DNA from: an uncultured Methanosarcinales archaeon
GTDB taxonomy: Archaea; Nanobdellota; Nanobdellia; Woesearchaeales; DATGWN01
Assembly (NCBI GenBank): GCA_964557345.1
Contig: CAZKZU010000001.1
Coordinates: forward strand, 555-64,554
Direction: 5' to 3'
Length of the DNA stretch: 64,000 nt
Shown here: one piece after another, positions 37,755-47,691 of the stretch
How the letters are laid out: each line of letters begins with the position of its first letter
How positions within the stretch are numbered: the first letter of the stretch is position 1
The notes under the pieces: model-generated
Databases searched by the model: none
Told to the model about the DNA's origin: nothing
What the model saw: only the letters and a program-made list of their open reading frames with translations
Translations under genes and position numbers: made by a program

Positions 37755-38507
37755 ATGTTAGATTATCACACAGTTCCATCGGGAGTTTGGGGAATTAGAC
37801 CCGTTTTATTTAGTATTGGAAAATTTGAAGTTAACTCTTATTCTTTTTTTGTCCTTCTTGGGCTTATTGTAGGTCTTGCAGTATATTATTACTTGGCTAG
37901 AACGGAGAAAAAAGTTAATGAGAATTCTTTTTATGTTTTAATGGCGGGACTTTTGGGTGGCGTTATTGGCGCTAAGCTACCAATGTGGATTATTAATTAT
38001 CGTTTGATAATTGAAAGTTTTCCCGATATTACTCCTCTACTTTCAGGTAGAACTATTACAGGGGGACTTATTGGTGGAACTCTTGCCGTTATGTATGTTA
38101 AATACAAGTTGAAAATTAAAGATAAGAAAGGAAATTTATTTGCACCAGCTATTGCAATTGGTGTTGCTATTGGTAGAATTGGTTGTTTATTTAAAGGATG
38201 TTGTTATGGAATTGCAACAAGTTTACCTTGGGGTGTTGATTTTGGTGATGGAATACCTAGGCATCCAACTCAGATATATGAAATAATTTTTTTCCTTTTG
38301 ATGTTTGTGTTTTTGATGGTGAAGCGCGAAACTGCAAAACCAGGTCAGTTATTTTATTGGCTTATGAATAGTTATTTCATATTTAGATTTGTTGAAGAGT
38401 TTATTCGAGAAGAGCCAACTTTGTTTTTAGGTTTGACTATATTTCAATATATTTCAATTGTTGCACTAATTTTTATCAACGCAAAGTATTTAAATGAGAA
38501 GAAGTAG
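37755..38507 (+). CDS. lgt: Prolipoprotein diacylglyceryl transferase homolog
   Basis: Lgt signature GRIGCLFKGCCYG (G.R.GNF.NGE-like) and HPTQIYE. Polytopic, 250 aa. Confidence 0.65.
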   Translation: MLDYHTVPSGVWGIRPVLFSIGKFEVNSYSFFVLLGLIVGLAVYYYLARTEKKVNENSFYVLMAGLLGGVIGAKLPMWIINYRLIIESFPDITPLLSGRTITGGLIGGTLAVMYVKYKLKIKDKKGNLFAPAIAIGVAIGRIGCLFKGCCYGIATSLPWGVDFGDGIPRHPTQIYEIIFFLLMFVFLMVKRETAKPGQLFYWLMNSYFIFRFVEEFIREEPTLFLGLTIFQYISIVALIFINAKYLNEKK

Positions 38508-38516
38508 GTAAATGGT

Positions 38517-38885
38517 ATGGCGAATGTTAAAGTAACTAAGATGTCTAAAACTGAAAATAATTTTTCTAAAGTCGAAAAAGATTATTATGATACTACTAGT
38601 AAGAAAGTTGTTGATTTCTCAAAAGGCTTTTTTTTAAATATTGTAATTGGAGTTGTTGTTACAGTAATCAATTTCTATACTGGAGCGGCTATATTTGATA
38701 GTTCTCCGACGATAATAACTAGGCTAATTGGTATTGCAGTTCCTTTAACTGTAATTCCTTTGGAGATCTTTCTGATTAGACATTTTTTCAAACAGAAAAG
38801 ATTTATTGCAATTGGTATGTTGTCTTCTTTAATATTGCCATTGTTAGTTACTGGAACTTGTTCTTTTATGTTTTTAACGGCTTGA
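38517..38885 (+). CDS. Small membrane protein (tandem paralog 1)
   Basis: MANVKVTKMSK...DYYDTTSKK N-terminus followed by three TM helices. Paralog of 38936..39292. Confidence 0.35.
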   Translation: MANVKVTKMSKTENNFSKVEKDYYDTTSKKVVDFSKGFFLNIVIGVVVTVINFYTGAAIFDSSPTIITRLIGIAVPLTVIPLEIFLIRHFFKQKRFIAIGMLSSLILPLLVTGTCSFMFLTA

Positions 38886-38935
38886 TTAGTAAATTAGCTA
38901 AAAACATTTAAATTAGAGAGTAAATCATATTTACT

Positions 38936-39292
38936 ATGGCAAATGCAAAATTATCTAAAAAAGTAAAAATTGAAAAAGATTATTATCAATCAACTGCTAG
39001 TAAAGCAACTGATTTTGTAATAGGGTTTTTTGGTGTTTGGGTAGTTAATGCGTTAATTGGTTATGGGTCTTATTTAATGTTTGCTAGACTTATTAATTGG
39101 TCTGCTAATTATACTTTGATTTATTCCTTGACTACTATTTTTTATTTAGTAATACTTGGTTTAAATATTGCAGTAATAATTTTATCTTTTAAACGAAATA
39201 GGCGATATATTGGAATAGGAATTTTGTGTTCTGCGGTTTTACTTCCATTACTTGCTTTTGGAGCATGTATAGTTGCTCTTAGTGGTTTATAA
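38936..39292 (+). CDS. Small membrane protein (tandem paralog 2)
   Basis: MANAKLSKKVKIEKDYYQSTASKATDF followed by TM helices. Paralog of 38517..38885. Confidence 0.35.
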   Translation: MANAKLSKKVKIEKDYYQSTASKATDFVIGFFGVWVVNALIGYGSYLMFARLINWSANYTLIYSLTTIFYLVILGLNIAVIILSFKRNRRYIGIGILCSAVLLPLLAFGACIVALSGL

Positions 39293-39365
39293 AATAATTA
39301 TAGCTCTCATTATTTTTAGGATTATTTAAAATAATTCTTTAATTTATTAATTAAATTATAAATTT

Positions 39366-40022
39366 TTATTTTTCATTAATGTTGTGCGGGTTTTCTAGTC
39401 CTATTAATTCACAGATTCCAAAATAAATTAGTCCTAACGCAAAATATGAGATTTGCATCCATATTGGTGCATGAATACAATTAAAAAATGGAATTCCGTT
39501 GTAAATAGCAGCAGATGCATTTTGAATGTTGAATACGTGGTATGCGATAGTTTCAATTGATATGAGAAGTGGCCAGTATATAGCGATGAATAAAAGCATT
39601 TTTTTCGCGTAACTTTTTGAGTTTATTTTGTGTTCAAGGTGTGAATATAATATGTACGTTAAAAATAATCCTGTTGCCCAGGCGAAAAGAGGGTAAATAG
39701 TTATTCCGAAAATAGTGAGCATTTCTTTGTTATAACCATATTGATTGTGTGCGAAAATCATCCATATTAGTGCAACTCCTGATGATACAAAAAGGTGATA
39801 AATTAATCTTTTTCTCGATGTTAAATATAAATATGGAAATAATAGAATATATGCTCCAATCATAACTAAATCTGGGCGAAATATAGCTAATAGGAAGAAA
39901 ATTAATAGAGTGATAATTTTGTCAAAAAAAAACATTTGTTTTTTCCAATTACGAGATTTTGTTTTAGTTTTAATATTCTGTTTATGCAAGAATATACTAT
40001 TTATGTATTTTGTTAAATTCAT
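39366..40022 (-). CDS. Polytopic integral membrane protein of unknown function
   Basis: Six or seven hydrophobic helices with no catalytic motif. Checked for the prepilin-peptidase GxGD motif; not found. Confidence 0.3.
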   Translation of the reverse strand: MNLTKYINSIFLHKQNIKTKTKSRNWKKQMFFFDKIITLLIFFLLAIFRPDLVMIGAYILLFPYLYLTSRKRLIYHLFVSSGVALIWMIFAHNQYGYNKEMLTIFGITIYPLFAWATGLFLTYILYSHLEHKINSKSYAKKMLLFIAIYWPLLISIETIAYHVFNIQNASAAIYNGIPFFNCIHAPIWMQISYFALGLIYFGICELIGLENPHNINEK

Positions 40023-40171
40023 TGACGTTAGTTATTTCATATTGGTTTTTAAAACATTCTGTTATTTTACAAAATTACTCTCCTAGTTATTTTAATAAAA
40101 TATTGTTTTTGAGATATAGATTATATATTTTTATTCAAACCTGTTTATTAAATATCAGATCTTGGTTTATA

Positions 40172-41215
40172 TTAAATATCAAATCTTAATTTGGCTGCAA
40201 TTCCGCCTAGCCCATCAAGTCTTTTTACGTGATCTCCTTTTCCGGATATGATTTTAATTTTTCCGCCATTTTCTTCTATTTGTCTAAATAGAAATTCTAG
40301 TTCGCCCATGGTTTCGTTTTCTCTTTTCTTTTTGATTAAGTTGTCGGAACAGACAAGTGTTTCAATTGCAGATTGTTCGTTTGCTTTTGTGCAATCTTTT
40401 AATCCATATGCTACTTTTGAATCTTTAGAAATGCTCGTAAATATGTCCTCTACAAGTCTTGCATCTCGTACAGCTTGTTGATCTTTTAGTGCTATTTCTA
40501 TTTCCGGTCTTCTTAGAAGTTCAGCAAAACTACTTTCAGAGACTTCGTTTATGATTGCAAAGATTGTTTTCTTTTTTAAATCTCCTAGTTCATTTTCCAT
40601 ATTATTTTTCCAGAAATGACTGCTTGCGCAAATAATATGTTTTGGTTTAATTCTATTATCAAGTTCAGTTAGTTGATCTACGATTTCTTTAAAGAAATTT
40701 GTTGCTTTTGGAGTTCCTGCAACTTTTTTTTCTACATTTCCTGCAACTTTTGAAATAGTATGAAAGCTATTTTTTTCTAATTTTGCAAATATTGCTTCTT
40801 CTCGATCAAAAATACATGCAATGATTTTAGAATCTTCTTTATTTACTGCTTCATTGATTTTGTCGAGTTGATAAGTTAACCAATTTTTTCGTATTTCAAT
40901 TTCATCGTTTTCTGCTACGTTTAATGAATGATAACTTCCAAGAGGAATATCTTCTGGACCTGCAATAACAGTTCCAAGAATTTTTAGATTAGTATCTTCT
41001 AAATCGATTTTTTCCGCTTTTATTGCTAAAAAGACTGGTTTTTTGATAGCTTTTGTTTTTTCTGAGGTTTTATCTCCTAATATTATTTTTCTTATTGTAA
41101 TTCCTGAAACTGCATCCCCTTTGCTTAATATAGTACTAATACACCATAGGTCATCTATGCTTTCTGGCTTTATCTTTAAGCTTCCTTGTTTTAGGTTTTG
41201 GGATATTATTTTCAT
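40172..41215 (-). CDS. pelA: Pelota / Dom34-like mRNA surveillance factor
   Basis: Typical Pelota N-terminus MKI....G.LKIKPESIDDLWCISTIL.KGD and an eRF1-domain-3-like C-terminus; 347 aa. Confidence 0.8.
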   Translation of the reverse strand: MKIISQNLKQGSLKIKPESIDDLWCISTILSKGDAVSGITIRKIILGDKTSEKTKAIKKPVFLAIKAEKIDLEDTNLKILGTVIAGPEDIPLGSYHSLNVAENDEIEIRKNWLTYQLDKINEAVNKEDSKIIACIFDREEAIFAKLEKNSFHTISKVAGNVEKKVAGTPKATNFFKEIVDQLTELDNRIKPKHIICASSHFWKNNMENELGDLKKKTIFAIINEVSESSFAELLRRPEIEIALKDQQAVRDARLVEDIFTSISKDSKVAYGLKDCTKANEQSAIETLVCSDNLIKKKRENETMGELEFLFRQIEENGGKIKIISGKGDHVKRLDGLGGIAAKLRFDI

Positions 41216-41253
41216 TTTGGTTTATTTATTTGCTAAATAATGCATAATTCTCA

Positions 41254-41387
41254 AATTATACTGCCAATTCGCCTTTCTGGTTTTTGTCGGCATTCGCCTG
41301 AGTATAGTCGCGAACGCTCCTCACTATGCGTTCGTCGCTGCTCCATTGAGTCATACGCAATATCGGCTCATGAGCAGGCAGTATATT
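41254..41387 (+). repeat. MITE-like repeat copy A (~134 bp, terminal inverted repeats ~TATACTGCC/GGCAGTATA)
   Basis: Nearly identical to the reverse complement of 45655..45790, and colinear with 62446..62579. GC-rich and intergenic. Confidence 0.7.
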
Positions 41388-41479
41388 TTTGGATTGTTTC
41401 GGGGTAACTTTTTTTTATGGTGCGTTCCCACTATATACTATTATAGATATATTTATAAATATTAAGTGCAAATAAGTTC

Positions 41480-43168
41480 TTGATGAAGAGTAAGTTAGCG
41501 CAGACAGCTAGTGCAGCAGGAGTAGTTGGTGTTATAGCGTTAGTTTTAATTATTTATATCGTATTAATTCCTGGTATTAAAGATTCTATTAATGGAGGAA
41601 GTTCTAGTGGCGGTAGTTCTGCTGGTGGGACAACAAGCGGTTCAACCCTTGTAAATGGATCTAGACCTTTAAATTATGTTGATCAGTTTTCTTTTCCAGG
41701 TCCTGGATTAGTTGATAGTTCAACAAATGGAAGGCAAATTATTTTACCTACTCTTAATCTTAAGACAACTACAAATTCTAAAATTTTAGCAAGTGATAAT
41801 AGTTTTTATGTGTATAAAACTTTTTTTGGAAATGATAAAAGAAAATCAATTATGTTTGATATTAAAGATTCAGAGCAAATTAGTAATGCACAGATTTCCT
41901 TTTTAGTTAAGAAATCATACGGTATGATTTATATTGATTTAAACGGCGTTAGAATTTATGAAGATGAACTTAGTTCTATGAATATAAATCCAATTAAAGT
42001 AAGTTCTGCTTTATTTCAAAAAAATAATTTATTAGAAATTTATACTGACTATCCAGGAATTGTATTCTGGAGACAACATCAATATATAATTGATGACTTT
42101 AAACTTTTTGCAGACGTTACTCAAACAAGTCAACAATCAAGTTTGGTTTCTTTTGATCTTAAACCATCAGAATTTAAATCATTAAGTAGATTGAAACTTA
42201 AATTTTATCCAACTTGCACTCAATCAACTGTCGATAAATTATATGTCTCATTAAATGGGCAAACAATTTCTGAACAAGTTCCTGATTGTAATGTATTAAA
42301 TATTTATGATCTTCCTCAAATACAAACAAAAGAAGGAATGAATACTATCGAGTTTAAAACTTTAAAAGATTCGTACTTGGTTGATCAACTTTCAGTGCAG
42401 ACTGAGCTTAAAGAAAATGATGATTTAATTTATACTTTTGATTTAGATAAAAAATTATTTAATTTTAAAGAAGAAGCTAAAAACGTGTGTGGTGAATTAG
42501 ATGGCGTATGTCCTGATTCATGTACTGCTGATCAAGATAAAGATTGCTGTTTCTTAGAATATAATAAAGGATTTTGGTGTACTGCTCCAACATTAAATGA
42601 AAATGATAAATGTGTTGGTAGAGTTGATAATTATAATATTGGTTTATGTCCTTCTGGATATGAAGATAAAAGTAAAAATCCTCCAACTGATTTTGAAAAT
42701 TTATGTGGTGATGATACTGATGGTACTTGTCCATTAGGTTGTTCTAAATTTATGGATAAGGATTGTTGTTTTGAGAATACTGGATATTGGTGTTCCGACG
42801 TTGCAACTAATGGAATGGCTGGCGTTTGTGTTGATGTTGTTACAAAAGATAGTTGTTCTTTTTGTCCTAGCGGATATAAAGGAGAGGATTCAACTCCAAC
42901 TTGTGATGGTTATGAAACTAGAAATCCAATGGAAGAAGTTTCTCAATTAAAATCTACATATCAAGCTGACGTTCAACTAAGATTTGTTGATGATGGTAAT
43001 AGAAAGAAAGGTAAAATTATTGTTGATGGTAGTACTATTTCATTTACTACACTAGAAGGAACTTATACTAAAGAAATTAGTACATTAGTTCAAGATGGAA
43101 ATAATTATGTGCAGATTGTTCCTGAAAGCGATTTCAATTTAGTTAATGTTAAGGTTACTGTTAAATAG
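41480..43168 (+). CDS. Surface protein with a pilin-like (class III-type) N-terminal signal and tandem Cys-rich modules
   Basis: N-terminus MMKSKLAQTASAAGVVGVIALVLIIYIV. Repeated C..DG.CP..C....DKDCCF...G(F/Y)WC modules at ~42480-42915. Confidence 0.4.
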   Translation: MMKSKLAQTASAAGVVGVIALVLIIYIVLIPGIKDSINGGSSSGGSSAGGTTSGSTLVNGSRPLNYVDQFSFPGPGLVDSSTNGRQIILPTLNLKTTTNSKILASDNSFYVYKTFFGNDKRKSIMFDIKDSEQISNAQISFLVKKSYGMIYIDLNGVRIYEDELSSMNINPIKVSSALFQKNNLLEIYTDYPGIVFWRQHQYIIDDFKLFADVTQTSQQSSLVSFDLKPSEFKSLSRLKLKFYPTCTQSTVDKLYVSLNGQTISEQVPDCNVLNIYDLPQIQTKEGMNTIEFKTLKDSYLVDQLSVQTELKENDDLIYTFDLDKKLFNFKEEAKNVCGELDGVCPDSCTADQDKDCCFLEYNKGFWCTAPTLNENDKCVGRVDNYNIGLCPSGYEDKSKNPPTDFENLCGDDTDGTCPLGCSKFMDKDCCFENTGYWCSDVATNGMAGVCVDVVTKDSCSFCPSGYKGEDSTPTCDGYETRNPMEEVSQLKSTYQADVQLRFVDDGNRKKGKIIVDGSTISFTTLEGTYTKEISTLVQDGNNYVQIVPESDFNLVNVKVTVK

Positions 43169-43300
43169 GCTTTAACCCTAGTTATGCTTATTTAGTTGTA
43201 TTTATTTGGTTGTATTTGTTTAGTTGATTTATTTAGAATTTGATACTTTATTATAATGATGATTAAAAATTTCTTAAAAAGAGGAGAAGTATAGATTAAT

Positions 43301-45598
43301 ATGGCTAATGTTCCTGGCGCTACTGGAGGTTCTTCTACTAGTAGTCCCGTTACTCCTTCAGCTCCCATCATTCCTAAGCCGGGATTTATGGAAAGGTTTG
43401 GAAAATATATTCCTTTTGTTGTAAATAAGTCAAGAGCAGCGGCAGTAGCTGGTGTGGGAATGGCGGGTGCAGCTTGGGGATTTGGATCTAAAGTAGCTAA
43501 AAGTGTTGCTGAAAAAGCGCCTTCTATTAAATATTCAATGATGTTTATTATTGCATGTATTTTGGCAGCAGTTAATTTTGTTTATTCTTCCAATAATACT
43601 TTAAAATTAAGTCTTCTTATTGTATATTTGGTTATTTTTTATTATTCATTTCAGAATAATATTGATAATATAAATAAAGAATACGGAAAGATCATCTTTT
43701 TTTCACTGATATATATTTTTGCTCCAACACTTGGTAATTTACTTGTATCATATGTGCCTGATATTGGTATTAGAAATTTATTAGTATATTTTTTGTTTAT
43801 ATTTGGATATTTGAGTCCATTGATAATGCTTTTATCAGTTCATCATGAAGAAAATTGGTTTAGCATTACTTTAGAATTACTTTTAGTCTTTTTCTTAATA
43901 GTTTTAGTTTTAAAATTTATGGCTACAGCAGGAATTCTTCCAGAAGGAGATCAAATTAGTTCTGATCAAAAGGAGGCATTTACTTCATTATTTGTTGGGA
44001 CTTGGGACACCATTAAATCCATTCCTACTTATGTTAAAACCTCAATCAATGGAACTGCGCACGATATAAATCAATCTTGGAATCAGATTCAAGGTAATAG
44101 TTATGAGGAAGAAATTGATCAAAGTGCCCTGGTAAGTACTCTTGGTTTAAAATTAAATGATATATCTTTTTCTAATACAGATGGCGCTTATTATCAAGGA
44201 GATCCTATTGATGCATGGACCTCTATTGAAGGAAAGAGTCTTGCTCGAGTTATTAAAGTAAAAACTTCGTGTGTTGTTGATAGGAAAAGAGGTTTAACTG
44301 AAAATATAACTTGGGTTCCTAAAAAACCTGAATTTTATATCAACGATATTGGATTTGAAGATATCTCGTGTAAGTTTCCAAAAAATAAATTTACTACTGT
44401 TAGAAGTTATGAATTAGAAATGTTTGCTGATTTTGATTTTACAACTAGTTCATATTTAAGACGATATTTTATTTCTGAAGCAGATAATAATAATATGAGG
44501 AAAAATAATATAGATCCAATTGTTTATTATAATATTCCACAGACTGATGAAGAAGGTAAATATACTAACGGACCAGTTGAACTTTCAGTTGTTAAAAACA
44601 ATTTATTACAACCTTTAGCTGATCAAGGAGATACTTTTTTATTAGGAATTAAAATCGCGACAAATAGAAAACAAGGTTTTGGCGATGGTAAATTAGTTAC
44701 AATGACCAATCTTCATCTTTCTTTGCCCCCCGGATTTGAGCTTGCTAGAGATGGTTCTAGATATGACTGCGGTAATTATGAGTTCGAAGTTTATCCTGGT
44801 GCTGATTGTATTGCGGATTGTACCCGGCTTATGAAAGGAGAAAGATGTATAGCTGATTGTAATAATTATAATAATTATAGGTTAAAAGCAGCTGATTCTA
44901 ATAATATAAGTGCTGGTGTTTTACCAAAAATAAAAGAAGAAGGAAAAGAATTCGTTAAATTACCTTTGCAAATTCCATGTTATGTGAAAACTAAATCTTC
45001 GCAATCTATACTTAAAACATCCAAGTTCGTTATGGAAAATTTCAGAGCAACAGCAGATTATGATTTCGAAATTTCAGTAGCAAAACCTTTTAAGATTCAA
45101 GAAAAGCAAGGTTATGTTAATGCAGAAAAATTAGCTGATTTTTGTGGCTTTAAAACAAGTTATATCAATTCAAGTTTAATTACAAAAGATAATGTTAATA
45201 GTTTAATTTCCAGGTCTGCTGAGCTTATTAATGATAGTAAAGTTTCTTTTTCAGGTTCAACAGTTTGTTCACAATTAATCAAAGCTATTGTCGTATATAA
45301 GAATAGAAATGGTGTTGAAAATAATATGGGTTATGGAATTACTGGTATAACTGAAGAACAGCTTGATTATTCTTATCAATGGCCAACTAATTTAGCTAAT
45401 GTTGAAACACAACATCAAGATATAACTTTAACTTCAAATTATTTGAAATATGCGCTTAGTCATGAGTGTACGATTGATGGACAACAAAATTTAGATTGTG
45501 CTCTTGGTTATTATTTCTGTAATTCTGGAACTGGTAGTTGCGTTGAAACTGTAGCTCCAATTGTAATACAGATCGCTAAAGCATTAAGTACTCCTTAA
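43301..45598 (+). CDS. Large polytopic membrane protein with a Gly/Ala-rich N-terminus and a large Cys-containing extracellular domain
   Basis: 765 aa; multiple TM helices at residues ~80-215, then ~550 aa soluble domain with many Cys. Confidence 0.4.
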   Translation: MANVPGATGGSSTSSPVTPSAPIIPKPGFMERFGKYIPFVVNKSRAAAVAGVGMAGAAWGFGSKVAKSVAEKAPSIKYSMMFIIACILAAVNFVYSSNNTLKLSLLIVYLVIFYYSFQNNIDNINKEYGKIIFFSLIYIFAPTLGNLLVSYVPDIGIRNLLVYFLFIFGYLSPLIMLLSVHHEENWFSITLELLLVFFLIVLVLKFMATAGILPEGDQISSDQKEAFTSLFVGTWDTIKSIPTYVKTSINGTAHDINQSWNQIQGNSYEEEIDQSALVSTLGLKLNDISFSNTDGAYYQGDPIDAWTSIEGKSLARVIKVKTSCVVDRKRGLTENITWVPKKPEFYINDIGFEDISCKFPKNKFTTVRSYELEMFADFDFTTSSYLRRYFISEADNNNMRKNNIDPIVYYNIPQTDEEGKYTNGPVELSVVKNNLLQPLADQGDTFLLGIKIATNRKQGFGDGKLVTMTNLHLSLPPGFELARDGSRYDCGNYEFEVYPGADCIADCTRLMKGERCIADCNNYNNYRLKAADSNNISAGVLPKIKEEGKEFVKLPLQIPCYVKTKSSQSILKTSKFVMENFRATADYDFEISVAKPFKIQEKQGYVNAEKLADFCGFKTSYINSSLITKDNVNSLISRSAELINDSKVSFSGSTVCSQLIKAIVVYKNRNGVENNMGYGITGITEEQLDYSYQWPTNLANVETQHQDITLTSNYLKYALSHECTIDGQQNLDCALGYYFCNSGTGSCVETVAPIVIQIAKALSTP

Positions 45599-45654
45599 TT
45601 GTAGATTGTTATATTTCTTATTTTATTTGATTTTACATATTATTCTTTGACTGA

Positions 45655-45790
45655 AAGTATACTGCCTGACTATGAGCCAATAAAACGTACTAAATTGGTG
45701 GAGCAACGACGAACGCATAGTGAGGAGTGTTCGCGACAATAGACAGGCGAATGCCGATAAAAAAAAGAACGGCGAATTGGCAGTATACTT
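45655..45790 (-). repeat. MITE-like repeat copy B (inverted relative to copy A)
   Basis: Its reverse complement aligns with 41254..41387 over ~135 bp with few mismatches. Perfect 12 bp terminal inverted repeat aagtatactgcc/ggcagtatactt. Confidence 0.7.
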
Positions 45791-45857
45791 GATAAAATCA
45801 TAAGACTTAAGCAATTTTACCATAAATATTAAAAATAGCAGAGAATATAGCTATGTT

Positions 45858-46820
45858 ATGAGAAGAAGTATTTTAAGATTGATTTTGATTGTTGTGGTAG
45901 TATTTTCTTTATTGTTCATGTCTGGATGCGGATCTAGCGGTAATACAATTAATTACATTTCTGATAATCAATTTAGAACTGGTACTAATGGAGTTACTAT
46001 GGAATTTGTGCAAAATTCTCCTCCTGAATCGATGATTGAAGATGCTGAAGTTTCTGTTGGAGTTAAATTACATAATGATGGCGCTTATAATGTTCAAAAT
46101 GGGTATTTAGTTGTTAGTTATGATAAGGATTATTTGACTTTATTTAATACGGGACAAAAGTCCTTTAATTTAGAAGGGAAAAATAAATATAATAAAGCTG
46201 GTGAAGAAAAGAGTATTTTTTTTGATGGTAAAACTTCTGTGTTAGAAGTTGAAAGCCAAAGACATGATGTTCCAATTGTAGCATCTATATGTTATCAATA
46301 TAATGCAACTTTATTAGATTTACTTTGCTTTGATACTCCTGATTTGCCGAATAAAGAAAAGGGTAAAACTATTTGTTCCTATAAGTCCGATTATTCTTAT
46401 AGTGGCCAAGGGGCTCCAGTTTCGATTTCTAACGTTAAATTAACTTTATCCTATTCTGAGGTTACTCAAAAATTTAAACCCATTATTGACTTTGAAATAA
46501 GTCATACTGCAAGTGGTTTTAGTAGTGATAAAGGCTTGGTTGTTAATTATGATAATTATAGATCAGCATGTACTAGTTCTGGATCGTCATCTTTTGATAA
46601 TTTGAATTTAGTTAAATTTGAGGCATCAATATCTGATGAAATTTTATCTTGTAATAAAGAAGAAGGGACAGTTACTCTTAGAGATGGAAAAGCAAATGTT
46701 AGATGCACTGGAAATTATATTGAGGCAGGATATTTGCCTTATCAAGCTCCATTAAAGATAGATTTACTTTATGGTTATATGACTACTACATCTACGACAA
46801 TGCAAGTAATTCGAAGTTAA
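45858..46820 (+). CDS. Secreted lipoprotein
   Basis: Signal peptide plus lipobox MSGC|GSS; Cys-containing beta-rich protein, 320 aa. Confidence 0.45.
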   Translation: MRRSILRLILIVVVVFSLLFMSGCGSSGNTINYISDNQFRTGTNGVTMEFVQNSPPESMIEDAEVSVGVKLHNDGAYNVQNGYLVVSYDKDYLTLFNTGQKSFNLEGKNKYNKAGEEKSIFFDGKTSVLEVESQRHDVPIVASICYQYNATLLDLLCFDTPDLPNKEKGKTICSYKSDYSYSGQGAPVSISNVKLTLSYSEVTQKFKPIIDFEISHTASGFSSDKGLVVNYDNYRSACTSSGSSSFDNLNLVKFEASISDEILSCNKEEGTVTLRDGKANVRCTGNYIEAGYLPYQAPLKIDLLYGYMTTTSTTMQVIRS

Positions 46821-46895
46821 GAAATAAGTTATTATTTTTAGGTCATTAACGTTTAGATTTTTTAGCATTTAAATAAGTCTTATGATTTAATTTTA

Positions 46896-47687
46896 TTAGA
46901 TTAGTTCAAATACGTAGTTTTTAACATACAAACTATTAGTAGTTGTAGAATATGTCACTATTTGGTTTGTATCGATTTTATAGATTTCTTTATTTGTTAA
47001 TTTTACGCACGTATCTTCTGTTTTTGTTACTTTACATCTAACAAAGAAGTCTTTAGCTTGATAGATAGTTGATATGTCTGTAAAAAAATCCGATTTAGCT
47101 GTAAAGTGTGGCCAGTAATAATAGTAGCTATGATCATTATTGGTTGCCATTCTTTTTATTCTTTCGCTATGTTTTGCAATGCCGTATACATTTTCATCTT
47201 TTTCAATTAGTGTGTAATTATTAGGGGAAATAGCGTTTATTGTTTTGTCTTCTTCTTTGTTATCCATTATAATTGAGTTGTATAATTTTATTTTGTTAGG
47301 TAGTTCTAAGTTGGTTTGATTTTCCATCCACTCCAATGCATATTTAGATAAATCTAATTGATAAGTTGAATTTTGGAGAATAATTTTCCCGTCTTGTTTT
47401 GGTAGATTTTTAATGGCATAGTCTTCGAAGATTTTGCTTTTTTCATCAATTATCTTTTGTGACGCAGTTTCAATGAAGAACCTTTGTTTGTAGCTTTCTT
47501 GCTTCATTTCTGTAATTTTAGCTGCGTCTATACCAACATAAGTAGTTGAGGATATTTGTGTTGCAATTCCACTAATTGCTATGTATAAAACGAAAATAAC
47601 GAATACCATTAATAGACTTACAATTAGGACTGATGCTTTTTTTCCAGCTTTATGTATTGAACTTTTTGTATTGTTTTTTGTTGTCAT
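46896..47687 (-). CDS. Pilin-like protein (class III signal peptide)
   Basis: Signal HKAGKKA|SVLIVSLLMVFVIFVLYIAI; last gene of the minus-strand pilin-like cluster. Confidence 0.4.
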   Translation of the reverse strand: MTTKNNTKSSIHKAGKKASVLIVSLLMVFVIFVLYIAISGIATQISSTTYVGIDAAKITEMKQESYKQRFFIETASQKIIDEKSKIFEDYAIKNLPKQDGKIILQNSTYQLDLSKYALEWMENQTNLELPNKIKLYNSIIMDNKEEDKTINAISPNNYTLIEKDENVYGIAKHSERIKRMATNNDHSYYYYWPHFTAKSDFFTDISTIYQAKDFFVRCKVTKTEDTCVKLTNKEIYKIDTNQIVTYSTTTNSLYVKNYVFELI

Positions 47688-47691
47688 TTTT

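Noticed and set aside
39366-40022. Polytopic membrane protein considered as the missing prepilin peptidase for the pilin-like proteins
   Set aside because: It lacks the paired catalytic Asp/GxGD-type motifs expected for A24-family (PibD/FlaK/PilD) peptidases.
41254-41387. Interpretation of the A/B/C repeats as a multi-copy structured ncRNA gene family
   Set aside because: Differences between copies fall within the potential internal hairpin without compensatory changes. Copies occur in both orientations relative to neighbouring genes, and they carry terminal inverted repeats. A MITE-like DNA element fits better, though small-RNA expression is not excluded.
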